64,000 bases of DNA from Planctomycetota bacterium (GTDB lineage Bacteria; Planctomycetota; B15-G4): positions 5,152,001-5,216,000 of the forward strand of contig CBDFJQ010000002.1 in NCBI GenBank assembly GCA_965248575.1, given 5' to 3'. Below the pieces are notes generated by a model that was given only the letters and a program-made list of their open reading frames with translations, was not told where the DNA came from and did not search any database. The stretch's first letter is position 1; each line of letters opens with the position of its first letter. The position numbers were made by a program, and so were the translations under genes. Shown one piece after another: positions 18,038 to 26,911 of this stretch.

Positions 18038-19134
18038 GTGCTGCCATCAACTCCGGGAAGGGGCTGTGGAAGCCCCGGGTGACGAACAAGATGCACCCCA
18101 AGGTCGAGAGCCAGGACATCCTGGCGTTCTTCCAGCAGTTGAGCACCTTGTTCCGCGCGGGTACGCCCATCTACGACGCGATCGTGATGTCGTCCGAGCA
18201 GACGCAGAGCGACAAGCTGCGGGTCGTCATCTTGGATATCGCACGGCAGGTGGCCGGCGGTGCGGAGCTGAACGCCGCCATGGCCAGCCACCGCAAGCTG
18301 TTCCTGCCGGAGTGGACGGAGATCATTGCGAGCGGAGAGCGGTCAGGGCAGCTGGAGGGCATGCTCGAACGCCTGGCCGTGCAGATCGATGCCGCGCAAC
18401 AGCTTCGCTCCAAGCTCGTGAGTGCCATGATCTATCCGGCCATCGTGATGGTGGTGGCGCTGGCGGCCCTGACGGTCATGCTCGTGAAGGTGGTGCCGAC
18501 CTTCGCGGACATGTTCGATGCCATGGGCGGTGAGCTGCCCCAGATCACGCAGGTCGTGCTGCAGGTCTCGAACTTCCTGCAGGCTCACGGAGTGCTCTTG
18601 TTTGCCGGGATCGTTGCCCTGGTCATGGGCTTCAAGCGATACATCAAGACCCCAGGTGGCTCCCGCAAGTGGGACCGCTTCCTGGTCTCTGCCCCGATGA
18701 TCGGCGAAGTCACCGTGCAGTCCTACATGCAGAAGTACGCCATCAACATCGCGTTGCTGCTGCGGGCGGGGCTGCCCATCCTGGATGCCATGCACGCCTT
18801 GCACGGCATCTACGAGAACTCCATGTACAAGGCTGCCATCTCCCGCGTCTGCCACGGCATCGAGCGCGGGGGCGGCATGGCCAACGGCATGGAGGACACT
18901 GGGATGTTCACCTCCTTCGTGGTGAGCATGACCCGCACCGGCGAGTCCTCGGGACAACTCCCGGAGGTGCTGGACGAGGTGGAGCTGTTCTACCGCCGCA
19001 AGGTGGAGACGGTCGCCGAGCGCCTCTCCAAGAGCCTCGAAACCGTGGTCATCCTGGGCATGGGTATCTGCGTCGCAGTGATTCTTTGTTCGGTCTACCT
19101 GCCCATGTTCTCCATGGCGAGCGGAGTGGGATGA
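18034..19134 (+). CDS. PilC/GspF inner-membrane platform protein
   Basis: FFQQLSTLFRAG, GERSGQL, AMIYPAIV, VVPTFADMF, GESSGQL, YLPMF. Confidence 0.93.
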   Translation: MSAAINSGKGLWKPRVTNKMHPKVESQDILAFFQQLSTLFRAGTPIYDAIVMSSEQTQSDKLRVVILDIARQVAGGAELNAAMASHRKLFLPEWTEIIASGERSGQLEGMLERLAVQIDAAQQLRSKLVSAMIYPAIVMVVALAALTVMLVKVVPTFADMFDAMGGELPQITQVVLQVSNFLQAHGVLLFAGIVALVMGFKRYIKTPGGSRKWDRFLVSAPMIGEVTVQSYMQKYAINIALLLRAGLPILDAMHALHGIYENSMYKAAISRVCHGIERGGGMANGMEDTGMFTSFVVSMTRTGESSGQLPEVLDEVELFYRRKVETVAERLSKSLETVVILGMGICVAVILCSVYLPMFSMASGVG

Positions 19135-20936
19135 TGCGTGAACTGAAAGCACGATTCCGTTGGGTTCACCTGGCCGCAGCTCTGCTGTGTCTCGCCGGCG
19201 CCCTGTCACCGGTCTGCGCCAGCATGCAGGAGGCGCGGGACGATTCCGTCTTCGGCGACGACTTCTCGCTGCTGGACCTGCCTGCCACCTTGATGGGGGG
19301 CGGCTCCATCGCCGAGCTCCTTTCCCAGCCGCTGCCTGGGCAAGCAGGGGACGGCGGGCGCGGGGAGAATGCGCCCGGCACGGTGGAGTTCCATCTGTCA
19401 GCCACAAACCGGCTGGACATGCACGCGCGCGACATCGAGGTGGTCGAGGCCTTGGCGCAGCTGCGCATCCTGGTCGAGCGCAACATCATCGTGGCGCCGG
19501 ACATCGTGGCGCGCTTCACCGGAGACCTGTACGACCTCGACGTGGAAGAGGCCATCGATGCAATGTGCCGCAGCACCGGGCTGGTGGCTCGCTACGAAGG
19601 GTCCTTCGTCTACATCGAGGCGGACGAGCAGGCTTCCCGGATCTTCGAACTCCAGTACGTACGCGGCGAGGATCTCGTCACCCTGATTGCCCCGCTGCTG
19701 TCAGAGACAGGCTTGGCAAGCGCAACGCTCCCAGCGCAGCAGGGCATCACACCGAGCCAGGAGGATGCTGGCGGAGATGGCTACGCCTCGCTTGACGTGC
19801 TGTTGGTGCACGACTTCCCCGCGAACCTGGAAGCGGTGGCGGAGGTTGTCGAGGTCCTGGACGTGCGCCCCAAGCAGGTCCTCATGGAGGCCACCATCCT
19901 GAGTGCCTCGCTGACGGATGAGTTCGCCGCGGGCATCGACTTCAACTTGCTGCAAGGGGTCAACTTCGAGGACATCGGTGCGAGCAGCTCGAATGGCACC
20001 TCGGTCACCTACGGCGGCTTCACGGGCGAACAGTTGAATGATGGCGCCGGCGCTGCCACCACGAGCCTGACCAATCTGTTGCCGACCGGCGGCTTGAACG
20101 TTGGCTTCCTGAACCACGGGGCCGGCTTCTTCATCCGGGCGTTGGAGCAGCTGACGGACACGACGATCCTGGCCAACCCGCGCATCATCGCGCTGAACAA
20201 ACAGCGAGGTGAGGTGCTGCTGGGGCGGCGCGACGGCTTCCTGACCACCACGGTGACCCAGACGTCCTCGACCCAGCGGGTGGAGTATCTGGAGACGGGG
20301 ACACGCTTGGTGTTCCGGGCCTTCATCGGCGATGACGAGTTCGTGCGCCTCGAGATTCACCCGGAAGACAGCGATGGCGGTGTGACAGCTGACGGCCTGC
20401 CCTTCAAGGAGACGGCTGAGGTGACCACGAACGTCCTGGTGCGTAGCGGCCAGACCATCGTCTTGGGTGGTCTGTTCCGCGAGCGCGTCCAGAAGGTCAA
20501 CAAGAGCACGCCGTGGCTTGGAAGCCTGCCCCTGCTGGGGCCGGTGTTCCAGAGCCAGGATGATGTGGCCACGCGCGAGGAGATCATCGTGATGCTCACG
20601 CCGCACATCCTGGATTCCGCCGACAGCTTGCTGGACCCCTCGGCTGCGGTTGCTGGCCTGGTGGATCGCGCGGCCCTCTCGGGCGCCTACGTCTACACGG
20701 CCCGCAACATGATGCAGGAGGGTGACTACGCGGGTGCGCTGATGTTCCTGGAAGCGAGTCGCGAGTTGGATCCCCTTCGAGTGGAGGTGGGTGGCCTGCA
20801 GCGGGAGGTCTTCGCGAGCCTGGTGCCTGATTTCGCAAGCCGGCTCGTCGATGCGCGGATCCTGGATGAGATCCTCTCGGCCCCGATTGCGGATGCAGGC
20901 GAGGCCCCGCCCGCGGACTGGAGTCAGAAGCGATGA
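19131..20936 (+). CDS. Secretin (PilQ/GspD family) with helical C-terminal extension
   Basis: Signal peptide, N0/N3-like domains, LDVRPKQVLMEATI, ILANPRI, TTNVLVRSGQTIVLGGL, PWLGSLPLLGPVF, EIIVMLTPHI. Start taken at the ATGA overlap, not 18669. Confidence 0.93.
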   Translation: MMRELKARFRWVHLAAALLCLAGALSPVCASMQEARDDSVFGDDFSLLDLPATLMGGGSIAELLSQPLPGQAGDGGRGENAPGTVEFHLSATNRLDMHARDIEVVEALAQLRILVERNIIVAPDIVARFTGDLYDLDVEEAIDAMCRSTGLVARYEGSFVYIEADEQASRIFELQYVRGEDLVTLIAPLLSETGLASATLPAQQGITPSQEDAGGDGYASLDVLLVHDFPANLEAVAEVVEVLDVRPKQVLMEATILSASLTDEFAAGIDFNLLQGVNFEDIGASSSNGTSVTYGGFTGEQLNDGAGAATTSLTNLLPTGGLNVGFLNHGAGFFIRALEQLTDTTILANPRIIALNKQRGEVLLGRRDGFLTTTVTQTSSTQRVEYLETGTRLVFRAFIGDDEFVRLEIHPEDSDGGVTADGLPFKETAEVTTNVLVRSGQTIVLGGLFRERVQKVNKSTPWLGSLPLLGPVFQSQDDVATREEIIVMLTPHILDSADSLLDPSAAVAGLVDRAALSGAYVYTARNMMQEGDYAGALMFLEASRELDPLRVEVGGLQREVFASLVPDFASRLVDARILDEILSAPIADAGEAPPADWSQKR

Positions 20937-22567
20937 ACAGCCTGATTCACAAGCCGACGATCGCGCTCGTCGCGCTGGCTGCATGCCTGGGCGGTTGCAT
21001 GGCCGGTGACCAGAGCAAGAACTCGGGCCGCTATGGCGATGGAGACCTGCCTTCGGCCCACGACGCAACCCGCGCTGGCTGGCCGTCCAACCCGGAGTAT
21101 CAGCGCACTCGGCTGGACGCCGCTGTCCAGGAGGGAGAACGCCTCTTGAGCCTGGGTGATGTGGCGGGTGCCCGACGCATGCTCGCAGAGGTTCCCGCTA
21201 CCGGCCTGGAAGATGGGCGCCTGCACTTGCTCTACGCGCGCATCTCCATGTCTGAAGGGCGGCCCCAGGATGTGGAATGGCACCTGGGCGAAGCGTCCGT
21301 GCTGATGCCACGCAATGGCGAAGTCGACCTGATGCGCGCAACCTTCCGGGAGGTCTACGGCGACTGGGCTGCAGCGCGCGACGCCTTTGCTGAAGCTGCG
21401 AAGAAGATGCCGGACGACACCACAGCCATCGTGTCGCAAGCGCGCGTCATGTTGGCCTTGGGTGAAGCCGAAGCCGCCGTGACCCTGCTCAACCTGGAAA
21501 TCGGTAGCCGTCCGCTCTCCGGCGAGCTGCTGCGCACCGCGGGCTTCGTGAAGCTCGCGGCAGGGCAGTTTGACGAGGCGGCCCGGGACTTCCGGGATGC
21601 CAAGGACCTCCTGCCCATGGATGGACGGCACCTGGAGACCATGTATCTGGCCCTGGCACGGGCCGGACGCTACGCCGATGTGGTTTCCCTCGTTCGGCAG
21701 GAAGAGCTTTCGGAGCTCACCCCCCTCGCGCTCTACACGGTGGGCCACTCGGCACTGCTGGCCCAGGAGGCAGGCCTGGCAGTCAGCGCCTTCCAGCTCT
21801 GGATCGGTCACGATCGTGGGAACCCCGAATCATGGCTGGATCTCGCACGGGCCCACTTCCAGGACGAGCAGTACACCGCCGCCTTCGAAGCCGTGACGAA
21901 GGTGCTGCGAGTACGCCCTGACCACCTCGAGTCGCTGGTCCTGTTGGGCCACATCCGGAGTCAGGTCGGCCAGTACGCCGAGGCCATGGCCACGTACCGC
22001 GAGGCTGCGCGTCTCGGTGCCGATGGAGTGGTGCTGGCGCCTGTCATGCTGCGCTTGGTCGACCTCATGGAGGGCGAACGAGTGGCTGCCATGGAGTCCG
22101 GGCATTCCACGCCCGGGGAGCAGGATTCGTCGAGCCAGGTGTCCTCACCAGGGCAGTCGGTCACGACGGCCCTGAACGCCACGCCTACGAACGCACAGCA
22201 GGCCTCCGGGAGTTCCAGTTCGACGCGATCCCCGGATTCGGAAGCTGCCGCGATGGCCGAGGCCGAGTCGTCCGGGCGTCCGTTGGCGCGAACCACGCTG
22301 GATCCCATGGAATCCGCCCAACTCATGGCAGGCAGCCGTCGTGCTCCGCCGGCACAAATCTCCGCTGCTCCTCAACGGGAGCCGGAGCCCAAGCCTGAGA
22401 GCTGGATGCCCGAGCTGCCCGACGCCGGGCCAGCCGCCGAGGAAGGGCTCAACGCGTTCGAGGGGCTGCTGATGCCCTTCTTCGTGGCAGAGGTGTCGGT
22501 GGCGCTGGAGAGCTCCCGCTCCGTGGATGGCGCGAGCCCTGTCATGGCCGCGCCCGAAGGAGAGTGA
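20933..22567 (+). CDS. TPR-repeat lipoprotein (possible pilotin or secretin partner)
   Basis: Lipobox LGG-C, multiple TPR-like units, disordered Ser/Pro/Glu-rich tail. ATGA overlap with the secretin. Confidence 0.75.
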   Translation: MNSLIHKPTIALVALAACLGGCMAGDQSKNSGRYGDGDLPSAHDATRAGWPSNPEYQRTRLDAAVQEGERLLSLGDVAGARRMLAEVPATGLEDGRLHLLYARISMSEGRPQDVEWHLGEASVLMPRNGEVDLMRATFREVYGDWAAARDAFAEAAKKMPDDTTAIVSQARVMLALGEAEAAVTLLNLEIGSRPLSGELLRTAGFVKLAAGQFDEAARDFRDAKDLLPMDGRHLETMYLALARAGRYADVVSLVRQEELSELTPLALYTVGHSALLAQEAGLAVSAFQLWIGHDRGNPESWLDLARAHFQDEQYTAAFEAVTKVLRVRPDHLESLVLLGHIRSQVGQYAEAMATYREAARLGADGVVLAPVMLRLVDLMEGERVAAMESGHSTPGEQDSSSQVSSPGQSVTTALNATPTNAQQASGSSSSTRSPDSEAAAMAEAESSGRPLARTTLDPMESAQLMAGSRRAPPAQISAAPQREPEPKPESWMPELPDAGPAAEEGLNAFEGLLMPFFVAEVSVALESSRSVDGASPVMAAPEGE

Positions 22568-22568
22568 C

Positions 22569-23024
22569 GTGAGCCGCCCGCAGCTCCAGAGCCTGCGGGC
22601 CACTCCGACTTGCGCCGGTTACACCTTGCCGGAGGTCATCATGGTGGTGGTGATCATCGGTGTCTTCGTGTTCGGCATGGTGGGCAGCTACTCCTTGGCA
22701 GCCGAGCAGGGGAGGGTCGACCAGGCGGCCGCGGGCCTGCATTCCGTCTGGGTCGCGCAGCGTCTGTACAAGCTGGAGCACGGGACCTTCGCGGCCGACC
22801 TCCAGACCCTGGCCGACAACCGGTACTTGCAGGACGGGCTCGACGAAGTGAGTGAACCGTTCTCCTTCGCGATGGTGACGGCGGACAGCGACGAGTTCAC
22901 CGTCCAGTGTGTACGCGGCGGCAGCGGCGTCTGGTTTGGAAACATGAACCTCAACCACAACGGTTGGTTGTGGGGGAGCATCTTGGGGGATGGCAAGATT
23001 GTCTCGCCGACGACCCTCAAGTGA
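22569..23024 (+). CDS. Minor pilin (PilE-like)
   Basis: G/YTLPEVIMVVVIIG. Shares GT(F/Y)A and NHNG segments with the major pilin. Confidence 0.85.
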   Translation: MSRPQLQSLRATPTCAGYTLPEVIMVVVIIGVFVFGMVGSYSLAAEQGRVDQAAAGLHSVWVAQRLYKLEHGTFAADLQTLADNRYLQDGLDEVSEPFSFAMVTADSDEFTVQCVRGGSGVWFGNMNLNHNGWLWGSILGDGKIVSPTTLK

Positions 23025-23352
23025 ACGTGGTTTCACCATCTTGGAGTGCGAGATTGCACTTCTGGTGTTGACGCTCTCGGTGGTGCTCATGTCACGCATG
23101 ATCGCTGAGCACGATGTGCTGTTGCAGAGCATGGACGCCTGGCTGGAAGGTGACGATCCGACCTATTACGTCGTGCCGAGGGACAGCAAGTTTGAACGCT
23201 ATCTGGAGCACGCACCTGATCTGTCCCTGACCCCCGGGGCGGTGGGCGGTGGGGCGGGAGCTGGCGTCTACGCGGTGTCCATCTTCACCACGCAACGCAC
23301 GCTGGATCCACCGAGCCTCAGCATCGTGGTCAACATGAGGCCGGCGAGCTAG
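22990..23352 (+). CDS. Minor pilin (PilV/GspI-like)
   Basis: Basic leader then ERG/FTILECEIALLVL; 120 aa. Confidence 0.75.
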   Translation: MARLSRRRPSSERGFTILECEIALLVLTLSVVLMSRMIAEHDVLLQSMDAWLEGDDPTYYVVPRDSKFERYLEHAPDLSLTPGAVGGGAGAGVYAVSIFTTQRTLDPPSLSIVVNMRPAS

Positions 23353-23354
23353 CC

Positions 23355-23846
23355 ATGCTTGCGCGACGCGATTCCCAATCCGGTTTCACTCTCGTCGAGA
23401 TCATGATCTCGCTCACCTTGTCGAGCATCCTGATCATGTTGGCGGTGAAGGTTCAGCGCGGTCAGCAGCATTCCATCACCGCCCTGCGTACCCGTGCCTA
23501 CGCCACGACCGAGTTGCGCATGGCGACGGAGTGGTTGCGGCATGACCTGGCGGCGGGAGACAAGGTGAGCTGGCAGGATCCTTGGCTGAAGATCGAACGT
23601 GAAGGGCCGCTCGCTCAGCAATACGGTGCCTGGACCGGCTCCTATGACTTCGGAGTGAGCTATCGCCTGGACGTTCGCAACCTGTTGCGCATCGATTGGA
23701 AGACGGCTGAGGCACACGCCGTGGCCACTGGCATCGACCGCTTCGAGGTCGTGGACGATGGAACGTTCGTCACCATCACGCTCGGATGGGACGATGACGA
23801 CGACATGAATGGTCGCGTCCTGAACCTCGTCTGGGAGAACCTGTGA
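23355..23846 (+). CDS. Minor pilin (PilW/GspJ-like)
   Basis: QSG/FTLVEIMISLTLSSIL; LRHDL helix end. Confidence 0.85.
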   Translation: MLARRDSQSGFTLVEIMISLTLSSILIMLAVKVQRGQQHSITALRTRAYATTELRMATEWLRHDLAAGDKVSWQDPWLKIEREGPLAQQYGAWTGSYDFGVSYRLDVRNLLRIDWKTAEAHAVATGIDRFEVVDDGTFVTITLGWDDDDDMNGRVLNLVWENL

Positions 23847-24277
23847 TGGTCTGGCGGAGCAGGCCTCGGCGAGAGACGAGCGTGCCGGCCCAGGAACCAC
23901 TGGCGAAGGCACGTCGCGGCGAGCGTGGGCTGATCCTGGTCTACGTGTCCGTGCTGGGCTTCCTCATGATGCTTGTCTGGAGCCTCTCCTGGCGTGCGAC
24001 CCACGACGCCATCCGGGTCGAGCGCTCGCTCACCTGGCGAGACACTCACGACACCTCCGTGACCCGCGCTGCGGCGATCGGTCTCGAACTGCTGGAGACC
24101 GGCTTCCCCCCGACTGAGGACTACACCTGCATCGTCACCATCGTGGACGGTGCCGATGTCTACGAGTGCCTGCTGGAATACTCCATCGTCACGTGGCCCT
24201 GGCGAAGGGGATTGGATGTGCGTCTGGCGACAGATGCAGAAGTCGCCATATATCCGGCGGCGCCTGTCACCTTCTGA
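23846..24277 (+). CDS. Minor pilin lacking Glu5 (PilX/GspK-like)
   Basis: ERG/LILVYVSVLGFLMMLV, AAAIGL. Last of the four minor pilins; start codon uncertain. Confidence 0.7.
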   Translation: MVWRSRPRRETSVPAQEPLAKARRGERGLILVYVSVLGFLMMLVWSLSWRATHDAIRVERSLTWRDTHDTSVTRAAAIGLELLETGFPPTEDYTCIVTIVDGADVYECLLEYSIVTWPWRRGLDVRLATDAEVAIYPAAPVTF

Positions 24278-24397
24278 TGCGTTTCACGGGGCTCAAGCCC
24301 ACGTGGCCTGCCCGACGATAAAGCCGGCTGAGAGCACGAAGCCCCCAGCGGCGTGGGGGTTCGCACCAGGCCATGAACCGGAGCCCCCGTGAACGCA
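24278..24397 (+). promoter_or_regulatory. Nested stem-loop filling the intergenic gap and covering the RBS and start codon of the next gene
   Basis: 24278-24294 pairs with 24381-24397, 24302-24310 with 24367-24375, and 24337-24347 with 24354-24363. Confidence 0.5.
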
Positions 24398-24859
24398 CCG
24401 GGCGTCAAGCAGCAGGAGTCGGACCGCCGCGAGGCTCGCTTGGACCGGCGGGTTCGGCGGACACCGGTGTTCTCCCGCTACTGGCTGCGCGGGCGGCGTC
24501 GCGGATCCCGCCGCGGCGGTGACGAAGGCCAGGTCTACGTCGATCGCTACACGGGTTACGAATGGGGGCTGGCCGTCTCCGTGGTCTCGCTCTCGGTCTG
24601 CGACCTGATCTTGACGCTGGTCTACCTCTCGCTGGGGGGCGAAGAGGGCAACCCGATCATGCAACGCCTGCTGGACCACAGTGAAGGGGCTTTCATCGGC
24701 GTGAAGTGTGCCGTGTCGTTGGTGGGAGCCATCGTCCTGTTGGTGCACGTGCGCTTCCGCCGGGCCCGGGCGAGCTTGACGGGGCTGGTGGTGCTCTATG
24801 TCGCGCTGATCATCTACCACCTCGTGACCTGGGTTCCCGCCGTACTGAGCGAGAGTTGA
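24389..24859 (+). CDS. DUF5658-like small membrane protein
   Basis: Arg-rich N-terminus (DRR..DRR..RGRRRGSRR), YVDRY, DLILTL..GGEEGNPIM, K in TM2, three TM helices. Confidence 0.7.
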   Translation: MNAPGVKQQESDRREARLDRRVRRTPVFSRYWLRGRRRGSRRGGDEGQVYVDRYTGYEWGLAVSVVSLSVCDLILTLVYLSLGGEEGNPIMQRLLDHSEGAFIGVKCAVSLVGAIVLLVHVRFRRARASLTGLVVLYVALIIYHLVTWVPAVLSES

Positions 24860-24868
24860 GGGGTGGTC

Positions 24869-26911
24869 ATGACGGACTCCATGACCCCAGTCGTTTCCGT
24901 GCGCACCACGACCGGGCATCGCAAGGTGTTCCTGCGCGCCTGGTTCTCCGTGACGGCGGTGTTGTTCTTGAACGAGGTGGGTACGAACCTCTTCGCCCTC
25001 TTCAGCCGGTTCCAGAACGCCAAGGTGCTCAACTCCCTCTCGTCCGAGGCCCAGAGCGCCGTGAATATCCTGGCCTGGCAGGTCTTGGGCATGCTCGGAA
25101 TGGCCCTGGGCATGAGCCTGATGCTGTGCCTTCCCTGGGCAGCCGTGTGGGCCACCGTGTGGTCGCGATGGCGAGTTCGCTGGGGGGAGAGCCGGGTGAC
25201 CCGCGTGCTGTTCTGGGTCGTCGCAGCCTTCTGCTTCTTCCACGTCTGGTACTCGCTGCACGGGATGCTGTTGCCGAGCACTCGCCTACGAGATTCTCCG
25301 CTTGTCGTGGCCGGTGGGAGCTTCGACAACACGGACCTCGTCTGGCCCAGCGCACGCCTGGCTCTCCTGCCCCTGACCGCCCTGGTGGGCGTGATGGCGG
25401 CCGTCTATGCGCTGATGGTCAGCCGTCCGCTGCGTCGGTCCGTGGGGTTCGCCACGGGAAGCCTGGCCGTGATCGGCGTGGGCTACAGCATGCTCACTGC
25501 ACCAGGGCCGGCCGTGCGATTCACCGCTCCTGGGAGCGTCGTCGTGCTCGGTGTGGACTCGCTGCAGAGCAACCGCCTGCCCTTGGGCGGTGGGCCAGCG
25601 GATGCCGCGCCCCACATCAACGACTTCCTGGAGCGGAGTCATCGCTTCGAGAACGCCTGGACGCCCTTCGCCCGGACCTATCCCTCCTGGGTGTCGATGT
25701 TCACGGGTCGTTACCCGATGCGCCACGGCGTGCGCTTCAACCTCGTCCCCGACACGCATCTGGCGGACGACAATCGCTATCTCGCGCGGAGCCTGTCGCA
25801 AGCCGGCTACTCCACGCTGCACGCAACGGATGAGACACGCTTCAGCATCATCCGGCCGAACTTCGGCTTCGAGGACCAGCTTCATCCCGTGATGGGGCTT
25901 CCGGATTTCCTCGTGGGCTCGTTCTTCGATTTCTCCGCCGTCAATCTGGTGCGGCAGACGGTCCTGGGGCACGACCTCTTTCCGCTCCTGGCGAACAACC
26001 GAGCAGTGGTGGGTTACAACCCGCGGCTGTGGGTGCGTAACTTCCTGAAGCGCATCAACGAGCTGCCGCAGGACAAGCCGCTCTTCGTGGCCGCTCATCT
26101 GTGTGGCAACCACTGGCCGTTCAGCACACCCTTCCCCTATTGGGTGGGTGCGACGAATGGCGTGGATGCTTGCATCGCCATGGTCGATGACCAGGTGGGG
26201 GAGATCCTGGCCTATCTGGACGAAGCCGGGCTGATGGAGACGTCCACCGTCGTGATGCTCTCCGACCACGGAGACGGCTGGTCAGGAGACCCGGAAGACA
26301 CGACGAACACACACGGGGACCACCTGGACAGCCTGCTCGCCAACAAGGTCGTGCTCGGGGTCCATCGGCCAGGGGAGGTTCCAGGTATCAGCAAGGAGCT
26401 GGTGCGCACCTTCGACCTCTACCCGACGGTCCTGGAGCTGGCGGGGCTGGAACCGGAGCCGGACGCGATCGACGGGAGCTCGCTCTTGCCCTTGATGGGG
26501 ATGGGCGCTGAGGCCATGGAGTCCGAGACTCCCCGCAGCTGCTTCGCGGAATCAGGCTTCGACAAGAAGACGTTCCTCGTGTCACGGCTCATCGAGCAGA
26601 GCGCAAGTTGGTATGGCTTCGACCCTGAGACCCAGCTGATCACCCTGAAGGAAGAGGGGTTCCAGGAGCTCATGAACACCAAGTCGTACATGCTCATGCG
26701 CGAGGATTTGCGCCTGATCCTGACACCAGCTCGGGGGCGCTTCTCCATCTCACGCTTCGATCGCATCACTGGCGAAGAGGTCATGGTGACGGACGAGATC
26801 CCCGAGCACGTGCGCCTCGGGATGCTCACCGAACTGCTCCAACACTATCGCCTGAATGCCGACGACTTGTTGGCCATGGCGCGTCAGCGTGGCTTCCTGG
26901 GGAGCTCCTGA
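24869..26911 (+). CDS. Membrane-bound alkaline-phosphatase/sulfatase-superfamily enzyme with Thr nucleophile (LtaS/EptA-like architecture)
   Basis: About 5 N-terminal TM helices; VLGVDSL, ARTYPSWVSMFTGRYP, NHWP, SDHG. Confidence 0.8.
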   Translation: MTDSMTPVVSVRTTTGHRKVFLRAWFSVTAVLFLNEVGTNLFALFSRFQNAKVLNSLSSEAQSAVNILAWQVLGMLGMALGMSLMLCLPWAAVWATVWSRWRVRWGESRVTRVLFWVVAAFCFFHVWYSLHGMLLPSTRLRDSPLVVAGGSFDNTDLVWPSARLALLPLTALVGVMAAVYALMVSRPLRRSVGFATGSLAVIGVGYSMLTAPGPAVRFTAPGSVVVLGVDSLQSNRLPLGGGPADAAPHINDFLERSHRFENAWTPFARTYPSWVSMFTGRYPMRHGVRFNLVPDTHLADDNRYLARSLSQAGYSTLHATDETRFSIIRPNFGFEDQLHPVMGLPDFLVGSFFDFSAVNLVRQTVLGHDLFPLLANNRAVVGYNPRLWVRNFLKRINELPQDKPLFVAAHLCGNHWPFSTPFPYWVGATNGVDACIAMVDDQVGEILAYLDEAGLMETSTVVMLSDHGDGWSGDPEDTTNTHGDHLDSLLANKVVLGVHRPGEVPGISKELVRTFDLYPTVLELAGLEPEPDAIDGSSLLPLMGMGAEAMESETPRSCFAESGFDKKTFLVSRLIEQSASWYGFDPETQLITLKEEGFQELMNTKSYMLMREDLRLILTPARGRFSISRFDRITGEEVMVTDEIPEHVRLGMLTELLQHYRLNADDLLAMARQRGFLGSS

